Origin: Rhodospirillaceae bacterium
GTDB taxonomy: Bacteria > Pseudomonadota > Alphaproteobacteria > Rhodospirillales > Magnetospirillaceae
Direction of reading: 5' to 3'
Length of the DNA stretch: 48,282 nt
NCBI GenBank assembly: GCA_013349665.1
Contig: DUZF01000001.1
Coordinates: 1-48,282, forward strand
The notes beneath the pieces are model-generated. The model was not told the origin of the DNA. It saw nothing but the letters and a program-made list of their open reading frames with translations, and did not search any database. Positions 20,880-30,051 of this stretch are shown here, one piece after another (position 1 is the first letter of the stretch; every line of letters starts with the position of its first letter). The position numbers and the translations under genes were made by a program.

Positions 20880-20904
20880 AGCCGCCCCCCAAAGACGGGC
20901 GGCT
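20880..20904. terminator. hairpin between convergent murJ and the ATPase gene
   Basis: agccgccc cccaaagac gggcggct, an 8-bp stem. No U-tract, so possibly only a structural or insulating element. Confidence 0.35.
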
Positions 20905-20905
20905 C

Positions 20906-22069
20906 TCAACCATGGCGCCGCATGAACTCGGCAAAAAGTGGTACACTGAAGTCCAGAAAGCCGTGATCAGAGCTGAAGACCATGCCTTTTGAGAGAATGC
21001 TTGCCCGAGCCGGTCCCAAGGAATTTTGAGAGCGGCCCATCGCCTTGGCAATGTCTGCCATTGCGTAGGGGCCGTCACCAAGTTGGGCCATTGTCTTGAC
21101 AAACTGGACCTCCGCCTTCGTCAGGCGGTCGATCCGCACTTTGAAGAACCCCTCGTCCAACCGCGCCAGCGTCTCCGCATAGGAACGGTCGACATCGTCA
21201 AAAGTGATTTCCGGTCCTTGCGAATTGTCCCATATGACCGAGCCCCATTCTTGAAGAAAGAAGGGATAGCCCTTGGTGCGCTCGACTATGGTCTGTAGTG
21301 CTTCCGGCGCAATGGTGGCCCCTTCCTCAAGAAATGGTTTTTCCACGGCCTGCCCGGCAGACACCGGGTCGAGCGCTCCCACGGCTGGAAATTGAAACAG
21401 CCGCTCTGAGTATGATTTCGCCTCGCCCGCCGAACGAGCAATTTGCGGGAGCCCAGCGCCAACCATGAGAATGGGCAAGCCATCTTGTGAGATGCGATGC
21501 AGCGCAACGATCAATGCCGACAGGTCGGCTTCGGACAGATATTGCACTTCATCGACCAGAAGCAGCCAGCCACGCCCTGCAGCTTGGGCGGCCTTCCCGA
21601 TCAGGGTGAACAGGTCCGGCAGATCGTACTGGAGATCACCTGTTTCGGCCAGTCCAGGCTCAGTCTCCATACCCACCTCAACGCCGGCGATCCCGATCTT
21701 GAAGGCCGATGCAAAGTTCCGCAGCCCGTTGAGACCGCGAAATGCCAGATGCTTTGCCGCTTCCACCCCCGACAGCGATCTCATGACCTTTCGCATTTCT
21801 GGAAAAATAAGGCGGGCGAGGCTTTCCCCTTCCGGAGATTCAACCCGGGAGACAAGCAGGCTCTCCTGCTCGGCGTTCCGACCGATCTCGTTGAGCAGCA
21901 CGGTCTTTCCAACGCCGCGCAGGCCCAGCAGCATGATCGAGCGCGCATTTCTTCCCTTCACGGCACGTCCGCACGATATCCTTGCCATCTCAAGGATGGC
22001 TGATCGACCGGCGAGTTCCGGTGGGCGACTGCCCGCACCAGGTGCGAATGGATTGCGATACGGGTCCAC
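20906..22069 (-). CDS. orphan AAA+ ATPase, ORC/Cdc6-like (AAA_16/ATPase_2 type) with probable C-terminal wHTH
   Basis: 387 aa. N-terminal FAPGAGSRPPELAGRSAILE, Walker A GLRGVGKTVLLNEI, Walker B LLLVDEVQYL. The C-terminal ~90 aa (LTKAEVQFVKTMAQLGDGPYAMADIAKAMGRSQNSLGPARASILSKGMV) looks like a winged helix. GTG start after a GGAGGA RBS. Visibly lower GC than its flanks. Confidence 0.7.
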   Translation of the reverse strand: MDPYRNPFAPGAGSRPPELAGRSAILEMARISCGRAVKGRNARSIMLLGLRGVGKTVLLNEIGRNAEQESLLVSRVESPEGESLARLIFPEMRKVMRSLSGVEAAKHLAFRGLNGLRNFASAFKIGIAGVEVGMETEPGLAETGDLQYDLPDLFTLIGKAAQAAGRGWLLLVDEVQYLSEADLSALIVALHRISQDGLPILMVGAGLPQIARSAGEAKSYSERLFQFPAVGALDPVSAGQAVEKPFLEEGATIAPEALQTIVERTKGYPFFLQEWGSVIWDNSQGPEITFDDVDRSYAETLARLDEGFFKVRIDRLTKAEVQFVKTMAQLGDGPYAMADIAKAMGRSQNSLGPARASILSKGMVFSSDHGFLDFSVPLFAEFMRRHG

Positions 22070-22098
22070 CGATCCTCCGCATGGCTTGCGTTGTCTAG

Positions 22099-22490
22099 CG
22101 ATTTATAGGCAAGTCTAGCAAAAAACGCTATACTTTATTAGGTATCCCTAGGCAGGCCCTGATGGCGGAGGCACGGGCTCTGCTTGAGGCGGAAGCGCAA
22201 CTTGACGCGGGCCAGAGCGTCGAGCATGCGGAGGTGTCGGCATGGCTTGAAGAACTGGCGAAAGGCAACCGGCAACCACCGCCCAAATGCGGGTAACCAG
22301 GTCGCATAGCTCGATGAGGAGCTTGACGACCTCTCGCAAAAGATGCACCGTTCGACGCAGCAGAGAAGATGTTTGGTTCATCTTTCTTGCCTCGACAAAA
22401 GACCGGTCAGGCCTACCCTGGCCGGTTTTTGCATTTTGCATAGAGCCGATGGCGATGCAACTTTTACGATATATTCCTTTGGGCATAAGC
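22099..22490 (+). pseudogene. decayed ParD/ParE-type toxin-antitoxin module
   Basis: 22162-22296 encodes only the C-terminal half of an antitoxin (EAQLDAGQSVEHAEVSAWLEELAKGNRQPPPK); the RHH part is missing. The overlapping toxin start is ATG 22287 (MRVT..). It is followed by ParE-like pieces in three different frames (ELDDL; AKDAPFDAAEKM; FCILHRADGDATFTIYSFGH) with internal stops. Confidence 0.5.
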
Positions 22491-22512
22491 TGCCGCCGAC
22501 GCCGGTGAATTT

Positions 22513-22618
22513 GACACGGATTCAGCGGATCCCAACGGATGAGAGCGGATGGTATTTATTGCGCCTGCGGCGCATGCCCTATCCATTCTAATCCGTTGGG
22601 ATCCGATAAATCCGTGTC
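22513..22618. repeat. 106-bp palindromic (MITE-like) element
   Basis: 28-nt arms at 22513-22540 (gacacggattcagcggatcccaacggat) and 22591-22618 (atccgttgggatccgataaatccgtgtc) are 25/28 complementary. A central mini-hairpin gcgcc tgc ggcgc sits at 22561-22573. Confidence 0.7.
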
Positions 22619-22721
22619 TCTTGAATCTGGCCCCCCTCCGGCAAACCATGAACGAGGTCTTCGCTCCGTCGTGCCTTCGTGGTATGCGTTTTACCGGTCA
22701 TCAACAGGAGTTTCAGGTTCC

Positions 22722-23726
22722 ATGAACCGCATCTTTTCCGGCGTCCAGCCCACCGGCAATCTTCATCTCGGCAATTATCTGGGCGCGGTGCGCAATTGGG
22801 TGCGGCTGCAGGATCAGTACGAATGCCTGTTCTGCATGGTCGACATGCATGCCATCACCGTCTGGCAGGAACCCGGGCAGCTGCGCCAGCATACCCGCGA
22901 AGTGGCGGCGGCGATGCTGGCCGCCGGGGTGGATGCCAAGAAGAACGTGCTGTTCGTGCAAAGCCAGAACCCGAACCATGCCGAGCTGGCCTGGATCTTC
23001 AACTGCGTCGCCCGCATCGGCTGGCTGAACCGGATGACCCAGTTCAAGGAAAAGGCCGGCAAGAACCGCGAGAATGCCAGCGTCGGGTTGTATGCCTATC
23101 CCAATCTGATGAGTGCCGACATCCTGGTCTACAAGGCCACCCATGTGCCGGTCGGCGAGGATCAGAAGCAGCATCTCGAATTGGCCCGCGATACCGCGCA
23201 GAAATTCAACGCCGATTACGGCCTCGAGGTGTTTCCGCTGCCCGAGCCGCTGATCCTGGGGGCCGCCACCCGGGTGATGTCGCTGCGCGACGGCAGCAAG
23301 AAGATGAGCAAGTCGGACGAATCCGATTATTCGCGGATCAACATGACCGATGATGCCGATATGATCGATCTCAAGCTGCGCAAGGCCAAGACGGACCCCC
23401 TGCCGCTGCCGGAAAGCCCGGCCGAGCTGGAGGGCCGGCCCGAGGCGGCCAATCTGCTGGGGATCTGGGCGGCACTCGCCGATATCGGGCGCGATGAGGC
23501 GGTGGCGCGTTTCGCCGGTCAGCAGTTCTCGGCCTTCAAGAAGGAACTGACGGAGCTGGCGGTGGCGACACTGGGCCCCATCAATGCCGAGATGAAGCGC
23601 TATTTGGCCGATCCTGCCGAAATCGACGCCATTCTCGCCCAGGGCGCGCAGCGTGCGCGGGCCCTGTCGGCGCCGGTGATGGCCGAGGTGCAGGACATCG
23701 TCGGCTTTCTCAAAGCCTCCGGCTGA
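22722..23726 (+). CDS. trpS: tryptophan--tRNA ligase
   Basis: [22 protein letters not shown] (HIGH-type motif) and KMSKS (KKMSKSD). 334 aa from ATG 22722. Confidence 0.92.
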   Translation: MNRIFSGVQPTGNLHLGNYLGAVRNWVRLQDQYECLFCMVDMHAITVWQEPGQLRQHTREVAAAMLAAGVDAKKNVLFVQSQNPNHAELAWIFNCVARIGWLNRMTQFKEKAGKNRENASVGLYAYPNLMSADILVYKATHVPVGEDQKQHLELARDTAQKFNADYGLEVFPLPEPLILGAATRVMSLRDGSKKMSKSDESDYSRINMTDDADMIDLKLRKAKTDPLPLPESPAELEGRPEAANLLGIWAALADIGRDEAVARFAGQQFSAFKKELTELAVATLGPINAEMKRYLADPAEIDAILAQGAQRARALSAPVMAEVQDIVGFLKASG

Positions 23727-23730
23727 CGGC

Positions 23731-24651
23731 TTGGCCGCCCTGCCGCCAGCCCCGCTGCCGTCGCCGCTGCTGCGGCGTCGTCTGCCTGTGCTGGCGGGGC
23801 TGGGGGTGGCCCTGGCCCTGGCGCTTTATTATCCGGTGGGGGCCTGGCGCGCCCATGTCATCGACGACAACCCGAAATTCGACGCCGGCGCCGTCCAATC
23901 CGGCGGCAGTCGCGCCGTGGCCCAGGCGGCGGGGCTGATCCGCCGCGAAATCGACGCTCACGGCTGGACCCCCAACAAGCCCTTTTTCATGCCGGCCTCG
24001 ATCCTCACCGCCATGCCCAGCTATCAGAAGGGGGTGATGTCCGGGGTCGGTCGTTTCGCCATCATTATCAGTGGCCAGGATGCCGATCTGCAAAGGGCCG
24101 CCGAACTGCTGAAATATCCGCCGACGGTATGGATGATCGACCCGGCGGCTCCCTGGGCGAATACCCTGTCAGCCGAAAAACAGTACCGCAACGCCGCCCG
24201 TGCCTTCGAGGCCTTCAATCAGCGTCTGGCCGCCGGCAAGGCGACCTGGGAGCGCCGCGGCGAGGCGCTGGCGGTCCTGTTGGACGGCCTCGGCGCCGAT
24301 CTCGACGAACTGGCGGCCAGTCTCGACGACGCCCTGGCCGGATCGTCCGGCTGGTTCGACCGCCGCGGCGAAAAAGTCTATTACGCCGGTAAGGGTCATG
24401 CCTACGCGCTGCTGCTGGTCCTGACGGCGTTGGGCGAGGATTTCGCCCCGGTGCTGGCCGAGAACGGGCTGACGGACGCCTGGCAGGCGATGCTGGCCTC
24501 GTTGGTGCCGGCGGCGACGGCGGCACCGCTGATGGTGCAGGCGGGCGCCGCCGACGCCCTGCTGCTGCCGAACCATCCGGCGATCCAGGGCTTTCATCTG
24601 CTGCGTGCGCGTAGCCGGATGGCGGCTGTGGCCACGGTACTGCGCCGATGA
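23731..24651 (+). CDS. DUF2333-like membrane-anchored protein
   Basis: 306 aa with one N-terminal TM. The pattern (NKPFFMPASILTAMPSYQKGV, KYPPTVWMIDPAAPWA) recalls DUF2333. The assignment is from memory only. Start is uncertain (TTG 23731). Confidence 0.5.
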   Translation: MAALPPAPLPSPLLRRRLPVLAGLGVALALALYYPVGAWRAHVIDDNPKFDAGAVQSGGSRAVAQAAGLIRREIDAHGWTPNKPFFMPASILTAMPSYQKGVMSGVGRFAIIISGQDADLQRAAELLKYPPTVWMIDPAAPWANTLSAEKQYRNAARAFEAFNQRLAAGKATWERRGEALAVLLDGLGADLDELAASLDDALAGSSGWFDRRGEKVYYAGKGHAYALLLVLTALGEDFAPVLAENGLTDAWQAMLASLVPAATAAPLMVQAGAADALLLPNHPAIQGFHLLRARSRMAAVATVLRR

Positions 24652-25397
24652 TCCGCTTTTTGGCCTCCCTCCTGGCGGTGTTGCTGGTGCTGGTCCGGCC
24701 GGCGGCGGCGGCCGAGCGGCAGGAACCGCTGGTGATCGACCTTTCCGATCATCTGGTCGCCATCACCACCGGCTTTACCGGGGCGACGGTACTGCTGTTC
24801 GGCACCGCCGAGCACCGCGGCGACGTCGTCGTGGTGGTGCGGGGGCCGACGGAAACCCTCATGGTCCGCCGCAAGGAGAGGGTAATGGGCATTTGGGTAA
24901 ACCGGGCCCAGGCGGTATTCACCGACATTCCGGCCTTCTATCGGGTGGCCTCCAGCCGGCCGCTGGACGAGGTGGCGCCGGCCGCGGTGCAGGAGCGCTA
25001 TCACATCGGCGTCGGCCATCTGGAGATCCCGGTGCGCCGCAAGGATCCGTCGCGCGGCGACGGGGAATATGCCGAGGCCCTGATGCGGCTCAAGGATGGC
25101 GCCGGGCTCTACGGGGTGAAGCCGGGAGAGGTGAATTTCGTCGGCGGACGTCTGTTCCGCACCGAAATGGAGTTTCCCGCCAATGTGCCCACCGGCAGCT
25201 ATACGGTGGAGGTCTATCTGATCCAGGACGGCAAGGTGATCGGCAGCCGAACCACGCCGCTGATCGTGTCCAAGACCGGAATCGGAGCGGAAATTTTTGA
25301 TTTCGCCCATCGACGGGGGGCGCTCTACGGACTCTCGGCGATCCTGCTGGCGATTTTCGCCGGCTGGCTGGGGGCCGTCGTCTTCAGGAGGCTTTGA
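24648..25397 (+). CDS. TIGR02186 / Alph_Pro_TM family membrane protein
   Basis: 249 aa with a signal peptide (LLVLVRPAAAAE), a C-terminal TM, and motifs ITTGFTGATVLLFG and GSYTVEVYLIQDG. 4-nt overlap with the upstream gene. Confidence 0.6.
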   Translation: MIRFLASLLAVLLVLVRPAAAAERQEPLVIDLSDHLVAITTGFTGATVLLFGTAEHRGDVVVVVRGPTETLMVRRKERVMGIWVNRAQAVFTDIPAFYRVASSRPLDEVAPAAVQERYHIGVGHLEIPVRRKDPSRGDGEYAEALMRLKDGAGLYGVKPGEVNFVGGRLFRTEMEFPANVPTGSYTVEVYLIQDGKVIGSRTTPLIVSKTGIGAEIFDFAHRRGALYGLSAILLAIFAGWLGAVVFRRL

Positions 25398-25897
25398 TCG
25401 TGCAACAGGCAGAACGGCGTCATCCGCCGAAAAAGACCGGACGGACCTTTCTGGTGGTGGTCGACGACAGCGAGGAGATGCGCGCCGCGCTGCGCTACGC
25501 CTGCCGTCGCGCCCTGCATACCGGCGGTCGGGTGGCCTTGCTGCGGGTGGTCGAACCGCAGGAGGTCCAGCATTTTGCCATGATCGGCAAGATGATGGCC
25601 GAAGAGGCCAGGCAGGAGGCGGAAACCCTGCTCGAGCGCCTGGCGACCGAGGTCAACGAGACCGCCGGCGAGTTGCCGGTGCTCTATGTCCGCGAGGGCG
25701 TCCCGCGCGAGGAACTGCTGTCGCTGATCGACGAGGAACCGTTGATCTCGGTTCTCGTCCTGGCGGCCGGAACCGGGCCGGAAGGGCCGGGTCCGCTGGT
25801 GTCGGCGCTGACCGGTCGCTATGTCAACCGGCTGCGAATCCCGGTGACCATCGTGCCCGGCAGCCTGTCGGACCGGGCCATCGACGACCTTACATAA
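25394..25897 (+). CDS. universal stress protein family protein
   Basis: 167 aa with a USP-like fold pattern (FLVVVDDSEEMRAALRYA ... LLVLAAGTG ... PVTIVPG). Start is TTG 25394 or GTG 25400, overlapping the upstream stop. Confidence 0.6.
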   Translation: MIVQQAERRHPPKKTGRTFLVVVDDSEEMRAALRYACRRALHTGGRVALLRVVEPQEVQHFAMIGKMMAEEARQEAETLLERLATEVNETAGELPVLYVREGVPREELLSLIDEEPLISVLVLAAGTGPEGPGPLVSALTGRYVNRLRIPVTIVPGSLSDRAIDDLT

Positions 25898-25964
25898 CGG
25901 TAAAAAACTTGACGAATTCCGCAGCGTCGACCATTTAGCAGGAAATCGAGAAGGGATCCTTGAG

Positions 25965-26513
25965 ATGTTCATTCAGACCGAAACCACGCCCAATCCCAAT
26001 ACTTTGAAGTTTCTGCCCGGGCGCGATGTCATGGGACAGGGGACTGCCGATTTCGCCGATGCCACGGCCGCCGCCGGGTCGTCCCTGGCCGTCAGCCTGT
26101 TCGCCATCGACGGTGTCGGCCGGGTGTTTTTCGGGGCGGATTTCATCAGCGTCGGCAAAACCGCCGCTGTCGACTGGCCGGTTCTCAAGCCGCAGATTCT
26201 GGCCGCCATCATGGATCATTTCATGTCCGGCGCGCCGCTGATGGCCGCCGGCGCCGAGGCCGGCGGCACCGACGGCAAGGAGAGCGAGGTGGTCCGCCAG
26301 ATCCGCGAACTGCTCGACACCCGGGTCCGTCCGGCGGTCGCCAATGACGGCGGCGATATCGTTTTCAGGCGTTTCGAAGAGGGTATCGTCTACCTGCATA
26401 TGCAGGGGGCATGCTCCGGCTGTCCCAGCTCTACAGCCACTTTGAAGCACGGCATAGAGAATATGTTGCGGTATTATGTACCTGAGGTACAATCCGTTGT
26501 AGCCGTGGACTAA
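25965..26513 (+). CDS. NifU-family Fe-S cluster carrier (Nfu_N plus NifU C-terminal domain)
   Basis: MFIQTETTPNPNTLKFLPG (Nfu_N) and GDIVFRRFEEGIVYLHMQGACSGCPSSTATLKHGIENML (CxxC NifU domain). Confidence 0.88.
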   Translation: MFIQTETTPNPNTLKFLPGRDVMGQGTADFADATAAAGSSLAVSLFAIDGVGRVFFGADFISVGKTAAVDWPVLKPQILAAIMDHFMSGAPLMAAGAEAGGTDGKESEVVRQIRELLDTRVRPAVANDGGDIVFRRFEEGIVYLHMQGACSGCPSSTATLKHGIENMLRYYVPEVQSVVAVD

Positions 26514-26648
26514 CTTTTTCTTTTTTCCCCCGGCCTTTTGTGCAGTGCAGCATAAATGTGTTGCGCTCGATGGTAGAGATTCGTTAACGTCGGGAGTACA
26601 GCTTGCCCGAGTGGGGGCGGACGTTTTTGGGGAAAGTGCGGAAAGCTT

Positions 26649-27620
26649 TTGGGAATGCAACATAAGACTCGGACCTCGCGCCACACCGGGGCCTCGCTGG
26701 CTTTGTTAGCGTTATTGGCTTTAGTTGTGATTGGCCTGTTCGCTACGATCTGGAGCGGCTTGCCGCTGCCCAGGCTGCCGGATCGGGTTGCCGCCGCGGC
26801 GCCGGCCAACGGCGATATGCCGCTGCCGACCCTGGCCATCCGCAGCAGCGAAACCAAGAAGGCGGTGCTGATGCAGGCGGCTTTCGACCGCATCGGCTAC
26901 AGCCTCGAGGCGGTGGCTCGCGGCTATATTTCGGTGCCGCGGGTGCTGGTCGCCAATCTGCCCCCCGACATCGACAGGCTTGACGCCCTGGACGGCCGCA
27001 AGACCCTGTTCCTGCGCCTGATGCTGCCGGTGGTGCTGTTCGTCAACGAGCAGATCGGCCAGGACCGCCAGCACCTGCTGGAAATCCGCCACGCCATCGC
27101 CGGTGGCCGTCAGCTCTCCGACGCCGATGTGCAATGGGTGCTGGGCATGGCGGATGCTTATGACCAGCCGGACGCCGACATCGATTCCCTGCTGGTCAAG
27201 GTCGACGTCATTCCGCCGTCGCTGGCACTGGCCCAGGCCATCGAGGAAAGCGGCTGGGGGACGTCGCGCATCGCCCGCCAGGGCAACGCCCTGTTCGGTC
27301 AGTTCGGCATGGCCGGCAGCGGCGATCGCGATTACCGGGTGTTCGCCAGCCTGACCGAGGCCGTGGCCTCCTATGCGCGCAATCTCAACAGCCATCGCGC
27401 CTATCGCGATCTGCGGCTGATGCGGGCCCGCATGCGCAAGCGCGAAGGCGAGATCGACGGCTGGCATCTGGCCGGCGCGCTGACCAATTATTCCGAACGC
27501 GGCGGCGACTATGTCGAGACCGTCCGTTCGATCATGCAGGACAACCGGCTCGAGGATTTCGACGCGGCCCGGCTCAACCGCATGAAGGCCGCCACCATCC
27601 TTGCCAGGGCCGATCAATGA
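26649..27620 (+). CDS. Bax-like glucosaminidase-domain protein
   Basis: 323 aa with an N-terminal [28 protein letters not shown] is the mannosyl-glycoprotein endo-beta-N-acetylglucosaminidase-type motif. Start is TTG 26649 or ATG 26655. Confidence 0.7.
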   Translation: MGMQHKTRTSRHTGASLALLALLALVVIGLFATIWSGLPLPRLPDRVAAAAPANGDMPLPTLAIRSSETKKAVLMQAAFDRIGYSLEAVARGYISVPRVLVANLPPDIDRLDALDGRKTLFLRLMLPVVLFVNEQIGQDRQHLLEIRHAIAGGRQLSDADVQWVLGMADAYDQPDADIDSLLVKVDVIPPSLALAQAIEESGWGTSRIARQGNALFGQFGMAGSGDRDYRVFASLTEAVASYARNLNSHRAYRDLRLMRARMRKREGEIDGWHLAGALTNYSERGGDYVETVRSIMQDNRLEDFDAARLNRMKAATILARADQ

Positions 27621-28204
27621 CGGGTCTCAATGCCGCGGCGCTCGATACGATTTTCCTCGCGGCCCGCACCCATACCCGCTGGCTGCCGCGCCCGGTCGAC
27701 GAGGATGTCATCCGGCGCCTTTACGACCTGCTGCGTTTCGGGCCGACCAGCGCCAACTGCCTGCCCGGACGGTTCGTCTTCGTCCGCTCGGCGGACGCCA
27801 AGGCCCGGCTCAAGCCGGCGCTGGCTCCCGGCAATGTCGACAAGACCATGGCGGCGCCGGTGACGGCGATCATCGCCCAGGACCTCGATTTTCCCGATAC
27901 CCTGGCCAAGACCTTCCCGCAGGTCGACGCCCGTTCCTGGTTCGCCGGCAATCAGCCGCTGATCGAGACCACCGCCTTTCGCAACGGCAGCCTGCAGGGG
28001 GCCTATCTGATCATCGCCGCCCGCGCCCTGGGTCTCGATTGCGGACCGATGAGCGGCTTCGACAATGCCAAAGTCGACGCCGAATTCTTCCCCGGCGGCA
28101 GAATCAAGTCGAACTTTCTGTGCAATCTCGGCTATGGCGACCCGGCGGGACTGTACCCGCGCAATCCGCGGCTGGATTTCGACGAGGCCTGTCAGATTCT
28201 CTAA
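27617..28204 (+). CDS. nitroreductase family protein (RutE/malonic semialdehyde reductase-like)
   Basis: 195 aa. [40 protein letters not shown], and the C-terminal [12 protein letters not shown] typical of this subfamily. ATGA overlap with the upstream stop. Confidence 0.75.
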   Translation: MTGLNAAALDTIFLAARTHTRWLPRPVDEDVIRRLYDLLRFGPTSANCLPGRFVFVRSADAKARLKPALAPGNVDKTMAAPVTAIIAQDLDFPDTLAKTFPQVDARSWFAGNQPLIETTAFRNGSLQGAYLIIAARALGLDCGPMSGFDNAKVDAEFFPGGRIKSNFLCNLGYGDPAGLYPRNPRLDFDEACQIL

Positions 28205-28207
28205 ATT

Positions 28208-28762
28208 TCATCTCATCATCGGCACCGGCAGGATGCTGTCCGACAATAAGGGATAGCCGTCCGCCGCGAACAGCTGGTAATGCCACCATTCGCTGGGATA
28301 GAAGTCCCAGCCGGCGGCGGTCATGATCCCCAACAGCAGGTGACGGTTGCGCTGGGCCTCGGCGCTGATGGCGGTATTGCCGTGATGCGAGCGGGCGGTG
28401 AAGGCGTCATAGGCGGTGCCCATGGGAAGGTCGTTGCCGTTGCCGTCCATCAGGGTAAGATCGATGGCCGCGCCACGCGAATGCGCCGAACCGCGGCGCG
28501 GATCGGCAAGGAATTCGGGATCAGGGGTATGGGCCCACAACACCCACTGCGCCTCTTGCGGGCGGAAGGCATCGAAGATGCGAAAGCTCAGGCCCTGGAC
28601 GGCCGCCAGGGCGATGGCGCGCCCGAGCGGCGCCAGGGCGTCGCCGTGCAGCCAGGCGGCGGGGCGGGCATAGACCGGACGGCCGGTGAAATTGTCGGCG
28701 CCGCCATAGGCCAGCGCGATCTCGACGGACAACTGAGTGGCTGAGAGCGGAACCAGAGGCAT
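28208..28762 (-). CDS. D-alanyl-D-alanine dipeptidase (M15D, VanX/DdpX family)
   Basis: 184 aa. DAFRPQEAQ, SAHSRGAAIDLTL (SxHxxGxAxD) and PSEWWHY (E-WWH) motifs. Confidence 0.8.
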   Translation of the reverse strand: MPLVPLSATQLSVEIALAYGGADNFTGRPVYARPAAWLHGDALAPLGRAIALAAVQGLSFRIFDAFRPQEAQWVLWAHTPDPEFLADPRRGSAHSRGAAIDLTLMDGNGNDLPMGTAYDAFTARSHHGNTAISAEAQRNRHLLLGIMTAAGWDFYPSEWWHYQLFAADGYPLLSDSILPVPMMR

Positions 28763-29420
28763 GGCGGCAAGTATAGCAGGAACCGTGCTGGCCTTCGACT
28801 GCGGCGGTCAGGGCTGTTCGGTGGCGGTCACCGCCGCCGGTCGCCTGCTGGGGCGGCGCCAGGCGCTGGCCGAGCGGGGTCAGGCGCAGATCCTGCTGCC
28901 GATGATCGCCGAGCTGCTGGCCGAATGCGGTCTCGGTTGGGCGGAACTGGCCCTGATCGGCGTCACTGTCGGCCCCGGCAGCTTCACCGGTTTGCGCATC
29001 GGTCTGGCGGCCGCCCGCGGTTTCGGACTGGCTGCCGGTCTGCCGGTCTGTGGCGTCGGCAGCGGTGAGGCGCTGGCCGCCGCGGTGCCGCCGGCCGAGC
29101 GGCGAGGACGGACCATCATCGCCGTCATCGACAGCCGGCGGGCCGAGCTGTTCGCCCAACCCTTCGACGAGGACCTGCGGCCACTGGCCGAACCGGCGGC
29201 AATGGTCCCGGCGGCGGTGGCCGCCCTGGCGGCCGGGCCCTTGCTGGCGGTCGGCGACGGAGTTGCCCGTCTGGGCGATCTGCCTGCCGGATCCCTGGCG
29301 GTGACGGCACTGGTCGATGCCGCCGCCGTCGCCGCCGTCGCCGCCGCCCGTTTTGCCGAGGGCCGGCCTTTGCCGTCGACGCCGCTGTATCTGCGGCCTC
29401 CGGACGTCACCCTGCGGTGA
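28761..29420 (+). CDS. tsaB: tRNA t6A37 biosynthesis protein TsaB
   Basis: VLAFDCGGQGCSVAV ... VTVGPGSFTGLRIGLAAARG. Start at ATG 28761; an alternative is GTG 28785. Confidence 0.8.
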   Translation: MAASIAGTVLAFDCGGQGCSVAVTAAGRLLGRRQALAERGQAQILLPMIAELLAECGLGWAELALIGVTVGPGSFTGLRIGLAAARGFGLAAGLPVCGVGSGEALAAAVPPAERRGRTIIAVIDSRRAELFAQPFDEDLRPLAEPAAMVPAAVAALAAGPLLAVGDGVARLGDLPAGSLAVTALVDAAAVAAVAAARFAEGRPLPSTPLYLRPPDVTLR

Positions 29421-29875
29421 GCCCGGCTCTGTCGCCCCTGGCGCCGGTGCATGCCGTCCTCATCGCCGGCATGCACCGCATCAGTTTCGCCGAGCCCTGG
29501 GACGAGGCGGCGATGGCCGGGCTGCTGGCGATGCCCGGGGCCTTCGGCCTGCTGGCGGCGGACGAGGCGCCGCTTGGGTTCATCCTGTGTCGCATGGCGG
29601 CCGACGAGGCCGAGGTGCTGACCCTGCTGGTGTTGCCGCCCTATCGGCGATCGGGATTGGGCGGCCGCCTTCTCGCGGCCGCCTGTGCGCAGGCGGCCTC
29701 GGCCGGGGCGGCGAGGATGTTTCTCGAGGTGGCGGCCGACAATGCCGCCGGCCTGGCGCTTTATGCCGCGCGTGGTTTTTTGCCGGTTGGGCGGCGCCCG
29801 CGTTACTATGGCGGACGCATCGACGCCCTGATTCTGGAAAAATACCTAGGTAATATTATTCCTGCCGCCGGCTAG
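29417..29875 (+). CDS. rimI: ribosomal-protein-alanine N-acetyltransferase RimI (GNAT)
   Basis: 152 aa. GNAT motif A region LLVLPPYRRSGLGGRLLAAA, then MFLEVAADNAAGLALYAARGF. Conserved position after tsaB with a 4-nt overlap. Confidence 0.8.
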   Translation: MSPALSPLAPVHAVLIAGMHRISFAEPWDEAAMAGLLAMPGAFGLLAADEAPLGFILCRMAADEAEVLTLLVLPPYRRSGLGGRLLAAACAQAASAGAARMFLEVAADNAAGLALYAARGFLPVGRRPRYYGGRIDALILEKYLGNIIPAAG

Positions 29876-30035
29876 ACGGCATTTGATCAGTCATCAGCGA
29901 CGGAATCTCGACAGTTTTTTGCCGAATAATTAGACACCGCGGCGCCGGTGGGAGTCGGCCCAGGTGCTGATGTCGGCGGGAGAACACCTTTAACGGTGAC
30001 AAAAATACTAGAAATACGCGCAAAAGATTTTTTTG

Positions 30036-30051
30036 TGTGACCTAAGTCACA
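30036..30051. promoter_or_regulatory. perfect CRP/FNR-superfamily-type palindrome TGTGA-N6-TCACA
   Basis: tgtgacctaagtcaca sits in a 274-bp AT-rich spacer between convergent rimI and the tusA-like gene. -10-like TATTAC/TACTAT at 30075-30083 on the plus strand. Confidence 0.4.

Noticed and set aside
22148-22486. 112-aa minus-strand ORF next to the ATPase gene
   Set aside because: It has no RBS or motifs, and it lies antisense to sequence that makes sense on the plus strand as a decayed ParD/ParE module.
22500-22721. T-box or Trp-leader attenuator in front of trpS
   Set aside because: No specifier or T-box consensus is visible. The only upstream ORF (from 22539) has no Trp codons in tandem and reads straight into trpS in frame as an artefactual extension. 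The palindrome is reported separately as a repeat.
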